From: Vicinamibacteria bacterium
Lineage (GTDB): Bacteria; Acidobacteriota; Vicinamibacteria; Marinacidobacterales; Marinacidobacteraceae
Assembly: GCA_964291235.2 (NCBI GenBank)
Contig: OZ219815.1
Location: 1-64,000, forward strand
Length of the DNA stretch: 64,000 nucleotides
Direction: 5' to 3'
Positions 49,656 through 59,292 of this stretch are shown one piece after another. Position numbers and translations under genes: made by a program. A model generated the notes under the pieces. That model ran no database searches. It was not told the DNA's origin and saw nothing but the letters and a program-made list of their open reading frames with translations. Each line of letters begins with the position of its first letter. Positions within the stretch are counted from its first letter, which is position 1.

Positions 49656-50993
49656 TTAACCCAGTGAGCGGGCGATCAGCGAAAGGAGCGTGCCCGCCTC
49701 GTCCTCGGTCAGCGAGAGGTTCGGACGCACCCGCACCGAGCGCGGGCCGCAGCCGAGAATGAGCAGCCCATTCTCGTAGGCGCGCGCCAGGAAGGCGTCG
49801 CGCTGCCCGGTGTCGGGGAGATCGAAGGCGCAGATCAGCCCCCGGCCGCGCACCGCCGTGATCCGGCCGCCGGCCTCCCGCGCCATTTCGTGGAGGCCGT
49901 CGAGGATCACCTGGCCGACGTGGGCCGCGTTCTCCACCAGCCCCTCCTCCTCGAAAATCTCGAGATAGCGGCCGAAGCGGACCATGTCCACCAGGTTGCC
50001 CCCGAAGGTGGAGTTGATCCGCGAGGACAACCGGAAGACGTTGTCCTCGACCTCGTCCACCCGGCGGCTCGCGAGCATGCCGCAGACCTGGGCCTTCTTT
50101 CCGAAGACGAGGACATCGGGCTCGACCCCGAAGTGCTGGTAGCACCACATCCGCCCCGTCATCCCTACCCCGGTCTGCACCTCGTCGAAAATGAGCAGGA
50201 ATTCGTGCTCGTCGGCGAGCCTCCGAAGTTCCCGCAGGAATTCGGCCCGGAAATGAAGGTCGCCACCCTCGCCCTGGATGGGCTCGATGATGAGGCCGGC
50301 GATCTCGTCGGGACTGTCGGCAACCGCCGCTTCGATCGCCGCCACCGCCCGCGCCTCGGCGGCTTCGGTCTCCGCCAGCCGTTCCGCCTCGGGAAACCGG
50401 ATGTAGGGGTTTTCGATGCGGGGCCAGTCGAACTTCGGGAAGTAGGCCACCTTCATGGGCTCGGTGTTCGTGATGGAAAGCGCGTAGCCGGTGCGCCCGT
50501 GGAAGGCGTGGCGGAAATGGATGATCTTGCTTCCCCGCTCGCCCCTCCCGGCGGCGAGGTTCTTCCGCACCTTCCAGTCGAAGGCCGTCTTGAGCGCGTT
50601 CTCCACCGCCACCGCGCCACCCGCGACAAAAAAAGCGTGCGGCAGGCCCGCCGGAATCGCGAGCCGGGAAAAGGTGTCCACGAAACGCGCCATCTCGACG
50701 GTGTAGAAGTCGGAGTTCGACGGATTGTGGACCGCTACCCGGCCCAGCCGCTCAACGAATGCGGGATCGGTGACCCCCGGATGGTTGTGGCCGACGGGGT
50801 TCGTCGCGAAGTAGGAAAACGCGTCCAGGAACACCCGTCCGGTGCGGGCGCAGCGCATCCAGGCGCCGTGGCTTTCGTCGAGATCGAGGACGAGATCGAG
50901 ACCGTCCGCGAGGAGGTGGCGGCGAAGAATGCCGTGAACTTCGGCGGGGCTCGGCCCCTGTGAAACAGCAGCGGAAATCGAACTCGCGCTCAT
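49656..50993 (-). CDS. lat: L-lysine 6-transaminase
   Basis: NPSNSDFYT, AVENALKTAFDWK, FHGRTGY, EPIQGEGGD, DEVQTG, FGKKAQVCG, SRINSTFGG. Confidence 0.92.
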   Translation of the reverse strand: MSASSISAAVSQGPSPAEVHGILRRHLLADGLDLVLDLDESHGAWMRCARTGRVFLDAFSYFATNPVGHNHPGVTDPAFVERLGRVAVHNPSNSDFYTVEMARFVDTFSRLAIPAGLPHAFFVAGGAVAVENALKTAFDWKVRKNLAAGRGERGSKIIHFRHAFHGRTGYALSITNTEPMKVAYFPKFDWPRIENPYIRFPEAERLAETEAAEARAVAAIEAAVADSPDEIAGLIIEPIQGEGGDLHFRAEFLRELRRLADEHEFLLIFDEVQTGVGMTGRMWCYQHFGVEPDVLVFGKKAQVCGMLASRRVDEVEDNVFRLSSRINSTFGGNLVDMVRFGRYLEIFEEEGLVENAAHVGQVILDGLHEMAREAGGRITAVRGRGLICAFDLPDTGQRDAFLARAYENGLLILGCGPRSVRVRPNLSLTEDEAGTLLSLIARSLG

Positions 50994-51051
50994 CCCGAGA
51001 GCCTACCAATCACCAGGGCGAACCGGGCGTCTGCGAACCCATAGACTCCGG

Positions 51052-52005
51052 GTGATGCACCTAGGCCTGATCCGGCTGCTGGCGGGCGCCGCCCTCCTGC
51101 TCGGGACTACGGCCGGGACTCTTGCCGCCGCGGCTGGGCGGGGCGAAACGCGGCCGTTGGCCGTCGAGGTGCGGGTGTTCGAGGTCCGACGGGTGAACTC
51201 GGACTTCTCCCCCGTCGAAGACCTCTCCTTCCTGGTGAACTCCGACGGGACCGCGGTCCAGGTCTCGGAATGGCTCGCGACGCTCGCGCGGCGGATTCCG
51301 GACTCCTATTTCGCGCAACTCCTGACGCTGGGACCGGCTCCCGTCACTCCCGAAGCGCAGTGGGCAATCAGGCGCCAGGACGGGCGGCGGGGTATCCGAT
51401 TGCGTGTCCGCCCCGCCCCGGAAGAAGCCCCGACAACGCAGCCGACCCCGGACGCGGGCGCCGCGGAACCGGCGCCCCGGTTCCGGCTGGACTTCGATCT
51501 TCTCCGATCCGAAACCCCGGTTCAGGAAATCGACGTTCAGGGAACCATCGAACCCGGGATGACCCGAATGGTCAGCGGGCGCGACTTCGAGGTGTCCCTC
51601 AGCCGGTACCTGTCCTGGTTCCGCGAGCCCGCCGATCTCGCGGCCCGGGAAGAGCTCTACGAGAGCATCCGGAACCAGAACATCTACCTCGCGGTCGGGA
51701 TCACGTTCCGTCACCTCGAGGAGGCCGCTCCCGCGCTGCCGGTGCGGCTTCGGCCACCGCACGATCCGCAGCTCCGCCAACTCCGGTCTCCGCTGATCGG
51801 CAACGCGGCGGGGGCGTTGCGCCTCCGCGTGCTCCTCGACGAAACGGGGGCCGTGGCGCACACGGAGGTGCTCGAGACCACGCTTCCCGAGGTGACTCCC
51901 CGGGTCCTCGGCATCGTCAGGGCATGGCAGTTCCCGCAGGCGGCGGGACGGCAGATCCGGCTGTCCATTCCGGTCCGGAGCGTCCGCCTCATTCCCTCCG
52001 GCTAG
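51052..52005 (+). CDS. Secreted hypothetical protein with TonB-C-like C-terminus
   Basis: Signal peptide; LRVLLDETGAV..EVL...VRAWQFP. Confidence 0.65.
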   Translation: MMHLGLIRLLAGAALLLGTTAGTLAAAAGRGETRPLAVEVRVFEVRRVNSDFSPVEDLSFLVNSDGTAVQVSEWLATLARRIPDSYFAQLLTLGPAPVTPEAQWAIRRQDGRRGIRLRVRPAPEEAPTTQPTPDAGAAEPAPRFRLDFDLLRSETPVQEIDVQGTIEPGMTRMVSGRDFEVSLSRYLSWFREPADLAAREELYESIRNQNIYLAVGITFRHLEEAAPALPVRLRPPHDPQLRQLRSPLIGNAAGALRLRVLLDETGAVAHTEVLETTLPEVTPRVLGIVRAWQFPQAAGRQIRLSIPVRSVRLIPSG

Positions 52006-52052
52006 CAGCCTGCGGCAAAACCCACGCTGCTCCGGTTCTCCCGGTGGGGGCC
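52006..52052 (+). mobile_element. Left-end remnant of the same MITE family
   Basis: CTAG|CAGCCTGCGGCAAAACCC..GTTCTCCCGGTGGGGG directly at the TAG stop. Confidence 0.6.
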
Positions 52053-52134
52053 CGACCGGGACTCGCTTGCCGATAATCGGGGGGTCTGGTACAAGGGTGC
52101 GTTCCCCGCAATTTCTTCAAGGAGAAGACCCTGA

Positions 52135-53796
52135 ATGACTTTCCGAACCCTCTGTAGGCGGGCTGCGCTGGGCGCGGCCCTCCTCGCTCTCGCAGCCTCT
52201 CCCGCACTCGCCCAGTCGAGCGGACTCGGCACCATCGATTTCCCGAACTCCGGCAACGAAGCCGCCCAGAAGGACTTCCTCGACGGCGTCCGCCTCCTCC
52301 ACAGTTTCGAGTGGGAGGACGCCGCCGAGGCATTCCAGCGCGCCCAGGCAGCCGATCCGGACTTCGCGCTCGCCTACTGGGGCGAAGCGCTGAGCCATTC
52401 GGGCGGCCACCACTACCCGCCGGGCCAGGACATGTCGAAAGCGCGGGACGCGCTGTTGAAGCTCGGCAGGACACGCGCGGAGCGGGTGGCGAAGGCCGCG
52501 ACCGACCGTGAAAAGCGCTACCTCGAATCCGTACACGTCCTCTACGGGCCTGGCGACGTCCTGGAACGCAGCGAGGGCTACGAGCAGGTGCTCGCCGAGC
52601 TTTCCGCCGCCTATCCGGAGGATCTCGAGGCCGCCGCCTTCCATTCCCTCGCCCTGATGCGCACCAAGGTGCGGGGCAAGGAGAGCCTGCGGGTGGACAT
52701 GCGCGCGGGCGCCATCGCCCAGCGGGTGTTCCGCGAGAACCCCGACCATCCGGGCGCCGCCCACTACGTGATCCATGCCTTCGACAACCCGGTGCAAGCC
52801 CCGGTGGCGCTCTACGCCGCCCAGAAGTACGCGGACATCGCCCCGGCGGCGGTGCACGCGCTCCACATGCCCTCGCACATCTTCGTCCAGCACGGGATGT
52901 GGGACCAGGTCCGCAGCCTCAACGACCGCTCCTACCAGGCCTCGGTTGATCGCGCCGAGCGGAAGGGACTCTCACCGGCCCGCTACTCCTACCACGCGCT
53001 CTACTGGCTGCTTTACGCCTACCTCGAGGAAGGCCGTTACGACGATGGCCAGAACCTCCTCGACGAGTTCGAAGAGCTGACCAAACGGGACGAGATGACC
53101 TCGGGCATGAGGGAGACGTGGATGCGCATGGACGCGCTGCACACCGTCGAGACCCGGCGCTGGAAGCCCCAGCCGGTGGACGATCTGGTGATGCAGCTCG
53201 ACAGCGACGAGCCGGAGGTCGGCCACCGCACCGCCGGCGCCATGCTGTATGCGCGCGGAGCGAGCGCCGCCGAAACCGGCGACGTGGAGACGGCGATGAA
53301 GGCCCACGAGGGCCTGAAGAAGATCCACGAAATGCTCGCCAGCGACGAGAACCCGCGCGGCGCCGAACAGGCCCAGGTGATGGCCTACGAGATGACGGGC
53401 CTGATCGCCAAGGCGAAGGGCGACAGCGAGGGCGCCATCGCCGCTTTCCGCAAGGCGGTGGACGTCGCGGAGAGCATGGAGCCTCCCTCCGGCCCTCCGG
53501 GCGAATCCCCGATCGATTCGCCGATTCAGCCGGCCCACGAACTGCTCGGCGAAATGCTCCTCGGCACCGGCGACGCCGAGACGGCTCTCCAGGTCTTCGA
53601 GACCTCGCTGGAGCGGACCGCGAAGCGGCCCCATTCGCTCTACGGAGCGGCGCGCGCCGCGGCCAAGCTTGGTGACGACGAGGCCGCGAACCGCTACTAC
53701 CAGCAGCTTCTCGCAACCCCCGAGCGGGGACCGGACCTGCCGGGACTCGCGGATGCGGAAGCCATGATCGGCGAAACGACGATGGGGCAGAACTGA
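52135..53796 (+). CDS. Secreted TPR-like protein with His-rich motifs
   Basis: Signal peptide; GTIDFP, ALAYWGEA, HPGAAHYVIH, HALHMPSHIF. Confidence 0.85.
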   Translation: MTFRTLCRRAALGAALLALAASPALAQSSGLGTIDFPNSGNEAAQKDFLDGVRLLHSFEWEDAAEAFQRAQAADPDFALAYWGEALSHSGGHHYPPGQDMSKARDALLKLGRTRAERVAKAATDREKRYLESVHVLYGPGDVLERSEGYEQVLAELSAAYPEDLEAAAFHSLALMRTKVRGKESLRVDMRAGAIAQRVFRENPDHPGAAHYVIHAFDNPVQAPVALYAAQKYADIAPAAVHALHMPSHIFVQHGMWDQVRSLNDRSYQASVDRAERKGLSPARYSYHALYWLLYAYLEEGRYDDGQNLLDEFEELTKRDEMTSGMRETWMRMDALHTVETRRWKPQPVDDLVMQLDSDEPEVGHRTAGAMLYARGASAAETGDVETAMKAHEGLKKIHEMLASDENPRGAEQAQVMAYEMTGLIAKAKGDSEGAIAAFRKAVDVAESMEPPSGPPGESPIDSPIQPAHELLGEMLLGTGDAETALQVFETSLERTAKRPHSLYGAARAAAKLGDDEAANRYYQQLLATPERGPDLPGLADAEAMIGETTMGQN

Positions 53797-53820
53797 CTCT
53801 GCCCTGATTCAACGACAGGC

Positions 53821-53848
53821 GAGGGCGGCCCCATCCGGGGCCGCCCTC
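53821..53848. terminator. GC-rich hairpin after the TPR gene
   Basis: GAGGGCGGCCCC-atcc-GGGGCCGCCCTC; weak U tail. Confidence 0.5.
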
Positions 53849-53868
53849 CTTCCGAAAGGGGAAGCGTC

Positions 53869-54186
53869 ATGACCAGGCTCGCCCCGCTGGTTCTGCTTGC
53901 AGCCGCTCTTGGTGGCGGCTGCTCGAAAGCGCCGGCGTTCCCGCCTGAAATGACCTGCGAAGCCCTGGAGGCCGAACGGGAGGACGCGGAGCGGAGGGTC
54001 CGCACGCTCGCCGGCGATACCACGGACCTGGACCAACGCGACCTCATGGGTGATGTTCACGCTCGCTCCAATCAGGGGGACGAAGAGTGGCGTGACGCCA
54101 AGCGGGTCCGGGAGGCTGAGGAGCACCTGGAAGCCGTGAAGGCGGCGATCGCCGACCGCTGCACTACGAACCCGGAAGCCGGGTAA
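53869..54186 (+). CDS. Small helical lipoprotein
   Basis: Hydrophobic leader ending GGG-C; two further Cys. Confidence 0.7.
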   Translation: MTRLAPLVLLAAALGGGCSKAPAFPPEMTCEALEAEREDAERRVRTLAGDTTDLDQRDLMGDVHARSNQGDEEWRDAKRVREAEEHLEAVKAAIADRCTTNPEAG

Positions 54187-54294
54187 CGAGTTCGGCTTCC
54201 CGTTCGGGGTCGGCTTCCCGCGGTCCCGAGCGCGGCAGCTCGGGCTGAGCGGACTACGAACTCGACGGACAGCGAACCGGGTTCGCCGCCACGG

Positions 54295-54981
54295 CTACTC
54301 GTCGCCGAGCAGGCCCGACCGCAACAGGTAGTAGAGCAGGGTCACGATGCCGGTAAGGGCGGCGGCCACATAGGTCATCGCCGCCGCACTCAGCACCTTC
54401 GAGACCCCGCGGCGCTCGTCGGGGGTGATGATCCCCGTCTCCCAGACGAGCGCCTTGGCGCGCCGGGAAGCGTTCAACTCGACCGGCAACGTCACCACCT
54501 GGAAGAGCACCACCAGCGAGAAGAGGGCGATCCCGAGCTGCACCAGCCCGAACGCGCCAAGCAGGAAACCACCGAGCAGCAGAATCCAGGAGACGCTCGA
54601 GGCGAAGCTCGCGGGCCGGGCGAGGACCTGGCGGAACATCAGCGGCTGGTAGCCGCTGTGATGCTGCATGGCGTGCCCCACTTCGTGGGCCGCCACCGCG
54701 ACCGCCCCGACGGTCCGGCCGCTGTACACCTCGGGCGAGAGCCGCAGCACCCGCACGCGGGGGTCATAGTGATCCGAGAGCGCACCGGGGTGCTGTTCCA
54801 CGGGGATGTGGATGCTCTGGCGGCGGAGCAACATCTCCGCCGTCTCGCGGCCGCTGCGGCCGCTGGAGACCGGCACGCGGTTGTAGCGGGCGAAGGTCCT
54901 CTTGACCTTGAACGTCGCCCACAGGGTGAGGGCGATCGCCGGGCCGACCATCAGGAAGTAGAGCGGATCGAGGAAAAACAT
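54295..54981 (-). CDS. Membrane zinc metallopeptidase (YugP/Zn_peptidase_2)
   Basis: LSDHYDP, AAHEVGHAMQH, TLPVELNASRRA, AAAMTYVAA. Confidence 0.93.
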   Translation of the reverse strand: MFFLDPLYFLMVGPAIALTLWATFKVKRTFARYNRVPVSSGRSGRETAEMLLRRQSIHIPVEQHPGALSDHYDPRVRVLRLSPEVYSGRTVGAVAVAAHEVGHAMQHHSGYQPLMFRQVLARPASFASSVSWILLLGGFLLGAFGLVQLGIALFSLVVLFQVVTLPVELNASRRAKALVWETGIITPDERRGVSKVLSAAAMTYVAAALTGIVTLLYYLLRSGLLGDE

Positions 54982-55016
54982 CGAGGAAAACAGGCTCCGA
55001 GAGAGAATGACTGCTG

Positions 55017-56312
55017 ATGTCCATAACACTAGACCGCGACGGAACGTTTCCCAAGCGAGACGACTCGACCGAAGCTGCCCTGGAGATCAACGCCGAGCGT
55101 CTCCGCGACTCCCTGATCGCACTCTCCGGCTTCGGGGCCCATCCGGACGGCGGCGCCCGGCGAATCGCTTTTTCGAAAGCGGAACTCGGGGCCCGCACCT
55201 GGATCACCGGCGAGATGGAAAGCGCCGGACTCGCGGTGCGCACCGACCCCGCCGGCAACCTCTTCGGCCGGCGCGAGGGGAAAGAGCCCCTACCCGCCAT
55301 CCTCTTCGGCTCGCACCTCGACACCGTGCCACGCGGCGGCCACTACGACGGAACCCTGGGCGTCCTCGGGGCGCTCGAGGTGCTGCGCGCCCTCGCCGAA
55401 CAACGGGTGGAGACGCGGCACCCGCTCGAGATGGTCGTCTGGTGCGACGAGGAGGGGGCCCACTTCGGGAACGGCCTCTTCGGCAGCCGCGCGGCCACGG
55501 GAGCCGTTCACGACGGCGAACTCGACCGGGTCGGGGAAGACGGGCTGAGCCTCCACGAGTGGATTGAACGCTACGGGCTCGATCCCCGGGCGCTGGAGCG
55601 CGCCATCCTGGATCCGCGACGGGTCCGGGCGGCTTTCGAACTCCACATCGAGCAGGGCGGCAACCTGGAACGCGAGGGCTGCCGGATCGCGGTGGTGGAA
55701 GGCATCGTCGGGATCCACCGGTTCGAGGTGAACGTCGGCGGATTCCAGAACCACGCGGGGACCACCCCGATGGCGGAACGGAAGGACGCCATGCTCGCCG
55801 CCGCGCACCTGATCGTCGCGGTGCACGAGGAGATCCGGGCGCTTCCCGGAGAACAGGTCGGAAACGTGGGCCAGCTCGCGGTCTCCCCCGACGCCGCCAA
55901 CGTGGTGCCGGGCGCCGTGCGGTTCCCGATCGAACTGCGCGACCTGAGGGACGAAGTGGTGGACGACATCATCGAGCGGATCGGGGCGCGGGGAAACCGG
56001 CTGGCGGCGGAAACGGGCTGCACCGTCGGGATCCACCGGATCCTCCGCGAACCTCCCGCCGACCTAGACCCGGGTCTCAGGGCGTTGCTCTACCGGGTCG
56101 CCCGGGAGGCGGGACACGAGCCGCTGTCCCTCCCGAGCCGCGCCGGCCACGACTCCCAAAACACCGCCCGCCACGGCATCCCCACGGCGATGATCTTCGT
56201 CCCCAGCCGGAACGGGATCAGCCATTCACCGGAGGAGTGGACGTCGTGGGAGGACTGCGCCCGCGGCGTGGACCTCCTCCGCCGCGCCGTCCTGGCAGTG
56301 GACGCGGCATAG
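55017..56312 (+). CDS. M20 amidohydrolase (allantoate amidohydrolase/N-carbamoylase family)
   Basis: GSHLDTV..GG.YDG.LGV, DEEG, ELHIEQG, NHAGTTPM, AGHD, SHSPEE. Confidence 0.93.
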   Translation: MSITLDRDGTFPKRDDSTEAALEINAERLRDSLIALSGFGAHPDGGARRIAFSKAELGARTWITGEMESAGLAVRTDPAGNLFGRREGKEPLPAILFGSHLDTVPRGGHYDGTLGVLGALEVLRALAEQRVETRHPLEMVVWCDEEGAHFGNGLFGSRAATGAVHDGELDRVGEDGLSLHEWIERYGLDPRALERAILDPRRVRAAFELHIEQGGNLEREGCRIAVVEGIVGIHRFEVNVGGFQNHAGTTPMAERKDAMLAAAHLIVAVHEEIRALPGEQVGNVGQLAVSPDAANVVPGAVRFPIELRDLRDEVVDDIIERIGARGNRLAAETGCTVGIHRILREPPADLDPGLRALLYRVAREAGHEPLSLPSRAGHDSQNTARHGIPTAMIFVPSRNGISHSPEEWTSWEDCARGVDLLRRAVLAVDAA

Positions 56313-56326
56313 CGCCGGAACGCCAC

Positions 56327-57394
56327 CTACACCCGCAGGAACACCTCGCGGCCCAGCGCGCTGGACTCCTGGATCGCCTTCACCACCCGCAGCGACTTGA
56401 GCGCCTCCTCGCCGGTGAGCACCGGATCCCGGCCCTCGCGCACCGCGTCGGCCATGTCCTGAAGCTGGATCCGGTGGCGGGTCTGCGGGTAGGCCCACGG
56501 GTCGTCGGTGTCGAGCCATGCCGAGGTCTCCGGCAGTCCCTCGGGCCCGGGCACCCCATCCACCTCCCAGACGAGGAACTCGTCGTACTGGGCGTTCGCT
56601 ACCACCGTCCCCCGCTCGCCGTGGATCTCGAGCCGGGAACGAAGCGCCGGCCGGACCGCGGTGGTGCTCTCCACCACCCCCATGGCGCCGTTCTCGAACC
56701 GAAGCATCGCGGTGGCCACGTCTTCCACCTCGATCGCGTGCCGCCGGGTCGCCGTCCGCCCGATCACCGAGGTGACCGGCCCCACCAGGTGTTGCAGCAG
56801 ATCAATGATGTGGATGGACTGGGTCATCAGGCAGCCGCCGCCCTCGAGCGCCGCGGTCCCGCGCCACGCCGCGCGCCGATAGTAGGACGGAGCCCGGCTG
56901 CTCTTGTCGAAGGCGTCGGCCAGCCAGATCTCTCCCAGCCCGCCGCTGCCGAGCAGTTCCCGGAGCGCGTCCGCGACCCGTCCGAAGCGCATCTGGAAGA
57001 TGACGCCGAGCCGCACGCCGCGCTTCCGGCAGTGCTGCACCATCCGCTCGCCCGCCTCGACCGTCGCTTCGAGCGGCTTTTCCACCAGCACGTGCCGGCC
57101 GGCGTCCGCCGCCGCCAGAGTCATCTCCGCGTGAAGACCCGTCGGAGACGTGACGATCACCACCTCCACCTGCGGGTCGGCGATCAACTCCCGGTAGTCC
57201 GTGTAGGCGCGCGGACTGCCGTACTCGGCCGCAAAGGCCCGGACCCCGTCGGGATCGCGGGAGCAGACCGCCGCCAGGAACCCGCCCTCGACGAACTTCA
57301 GTTCCTGGGCGCTGAAACCACCCGCCATCCCGGTTCCAATCAGGCCGAACCCGACCGGCTTCCAATCCCGGCGGGTACCCGGGTCGCCACCCAT
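56327..57394 (-). CDS. Gfo/Idh/MocA oxidoreductase
   Basis: GLIGTG, HVLVEKP, GGGCLMTQSIH.IDL. Confidence 0.92.
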   Translation of the reverse strand: MGGDPGTRRDWKPVGFGLIGTGMAGGFSAQELKFVEGGFLAAVCSRDPDGVRAFAAEYGSPRAYTDYRELIADPQVEVVIVTSPTGLHAEMTLAAADAGRHVLVEKPLEATVEAGERMVQHCRKRGVRLGVIFQMRFGRVADALRELLGSGGLGEIWLADAFDKSSRAPSYYRRAAWRGTAALEGGGCLMTQSIHIIDLLQHLVGPVTSVIGRTATRRHAIEVEDVATAMLRFENGAMGVVESTTAVRPALRSRLEIHGERGTVVANAQYDEFLVWEVDGVPGPEGLPETSAWLDTDDPWAYPQTRHRIQLQDMADAVREGRDPVLTGEEALKSLRVVKAIQESSALGREVFLRV

Positions 57395-57436
57395 CAGAGC
57401 CCGCTCACCGTCAACAGCCCTCGCATCAACAACCCT

Positions 57437-57481
57437 TCAAGGCGCCCCGACGAGGGCAGAAGGGTCCCGATGGATGGTCAC
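57437..57481 (-). pseudogene. Remnant 5' end of a PIN/VapC toxin
   Basis: GTGA overlap with the RHH gene stop; MTIHRDPSALVGAP* resembles the PIN beta1-DTS start. Confidence 0.5.
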
Positions 57482-57759
57482 CGCTCGGGCCGCAGCGGGC
57501 TTGACTCTCGCCGAGAGGCGCGAATCTCCCGAATCTCGGCGTCAACGCTCTCCTGAGAGCGAATCACGGGCTCCCGGTTCAGTCCGTCCAGCACTTCCAG
57601 CATTCGGAGCCGTTCGCGTTCACCGAGGCGATCCGTGCGAGCCGCGTAGTCGGCAACGGCCTCCCGCACGACATGGCTCTGGGCGATTCCCAGCCGATCC
57701 GCGGTGCGTCGAATCTCTCGAACCGTCTCGTCGGGCAAGGAAAACGCGACCCGTGCCAT
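57478..57759 (-). CDS. CopG/RHH antitoxin-like protein
   Basis: RVAFSLPDET..I...A...GIAQSHVVREAV; ends EIREIRASRR. Confidence 0.8.
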   Translation of the reverse strand: MARVAFSLPDETVREIRRTADRLGIAQSHVVREAVADYAARTDRLGERERLRMLEVLDGLNREPVIRSQESVDAEIREIRASRRESSPLRPER

Positions 57760-57802
57760 AACGCGACCATACCGTAACGACCTGTCCCGGCCGGGCCACG
57801 GT

Positions 57803-58174
57803 TCACCGCTGGAGCTCGAGGACGATGACCTCGATGGGGTCCTCGCCGCGGTTCACGTCCCCGTGCAGTTCACCCGGCGGGTCGGCGTCGAGCCAGTAGG
57901 CCTTGCCGTCCTCCCAGTGCATGGCCTTTTCCTCACCCTCCTCGGTCACCACGTGCAGCGTGCCGCCCCGGATCGCCACGATGGCGCGTCCGTTTTCGTG
58001 ACGGTGCATGGAGAGCGGCTGGTTCGGATAGACGAAGGTCTTCCACACCTTCAGGTGTTCGTTCTCGAACTGCGGCTCGCGCCGGGTGCGCGCCTCCTGT
58101 CCGCCGGCGCGAGCCGATCCGAAGGCGAAACCGACCAGCAGGCCGAGGGAAAGAACGAGCAGAAGACGCAGCAT
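57803..58174 (-). CDS. Secreted cupin-domain protein
   Basis: Signal peptide; FENEHLKV, MHRH, LHGDVN, IEVIVLEL. Confidence 0.85.
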   Translation of the reverse strand: MLRLLLVLSLGLLVGFAFGSARAGGQEARTRREPQFENEHLKVWKTFVYPNQPLSMHRHENGRAIVAIRGGTLHVVTEEGEEKAMHWEDGKAYWLDADPPGELHGDVNRGEDPIEVIVLELQR

Positions 58175-58212
58175 GGGAATTCCTCCGGGAAGGCCGTTAG
58201 GCTAATCGCATC

Positions 58213-59292
58213 ATGTACTCCGTCCGAAAGAAAGCGTCCCTCGGAATCCTGGCGGCCGGAATCCTTCTCGGCCTGGCCGGGTGCGGCGGCTCGAGCGACA
58301 TCGCGCTGCCCTCCGCCGATCCTCTGACTCCCTACCGTCTCGCCACCTATCGCTCGTCGGACGCCGGCGACGGTTCGCCGCGCCCGGCCATCGTGGTCGG
58401 AGAGACGATCCTGGACCTGGCAGCCGCCGATGCCCTCTTCGCCACCGAGACGGAGGCCTCGCCGTTCGGCTTCGCGGACGACCTGATCGCGGTCATCGCA
58501 GCCGGCGATCCCGCCACTGCCCGGCTGAACCAGATCGCGAACCGCTTCGCCGGCCGCGAGGACGGGTTCCGCTTCCGCGTGGAACCCCATCGTCTGGCCG
58601 CACCCCTGCTCTACCCGGCGAATCTGCTGGCGGCGGCCGCGAACTACCGCTCCCACGCCGCCGAGATGGACGTCGAGCAGGAGGTGGATCCCGACCGGGA
58701 CGCGCCCTACCTCTTCGCCAAGTCGGCGCGTTCCGGAATCATCGGCACGGGCGAGGCCTACCGGATCCCGCCCGGCCGCGACCGGATCGACTGGGAGGGC
58801 GAACTCGGGGTAGTCATCGGCAAGACCGCCCTCCGGGTCTCCGTCGAGGAAGCCCTTGACCATGTATTCGGCTACACGGTGGTCTTCGACGTGAGCGACC
58901 GTGGCGGCCGCCACCGCGAAAACCCGATGCTTCCGGGACCGGACTGGTTCTCCGGCAAGAGCGGCGACCGCGCCGCCCCCATGGGCCCGTACATCACGCC
59001 GGCCGCCTTCCTCCCGGATCCGCAGGCGATCCGCCTGACCACCCGGATCGACGATCGGGTGGTCCAGGACGACACCACCGCCAACATGATCTATTCGGTT
59101 GCCCACCTCGTCTCCTATTCGAGCCAGATCATGACCCTCCACCCGGGCGACGTGATCGCCACCGGCACTCCGGACGGCGTCGGGTCGGCCCGCGAGCCAC
59201 CGGAATTCGTGAGCCCGGGCCAGACGGTCCACATCGAGATCGAGGGGATCGGAACGCTCTCCACCCCGATCGAGGCCAGCCCCGGCTCGTGA
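58213..59292 (+). CDS. Fumarylacetoacetate-hydrolase-family protein with lipoprotein signal
   Basis: LAG-C lipobox; NY..H, DWEGEL, DVSDR, GKS, PGDVIATGTP.GVG. Confidence 0.9.
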   Translation: MYSVRKKASLGILAAGILLGLAGCGGSSDIALPSADPLTPYRLATYRSSDAGDGSPRPAIVVGETILDLAAADALFATETEASPFGFADDLIAVIAAGDPATARLNQIANRFAGREDGFRFRVEPHRLAAPLLYPANLLAAAANYRSHAAEMDVEQEVDPDRDAPYLFAKSARSGIIGTGEAYRIPPGRDRIDWEGELGVVIGKTALRVSVEEALDHVFGYTVVFDVSDRGGRHRENPMLPGPDWFSGKSGDRAAPMGPYITPAAFLPDPQAIRLTTRIDDRVVQDDTTANMIYSVAHLVSYSSQIMTLHPGDVIATGTPDGVGSAREPPEFVSPGQTVHIEIEGIGTLSTPIEASPGS

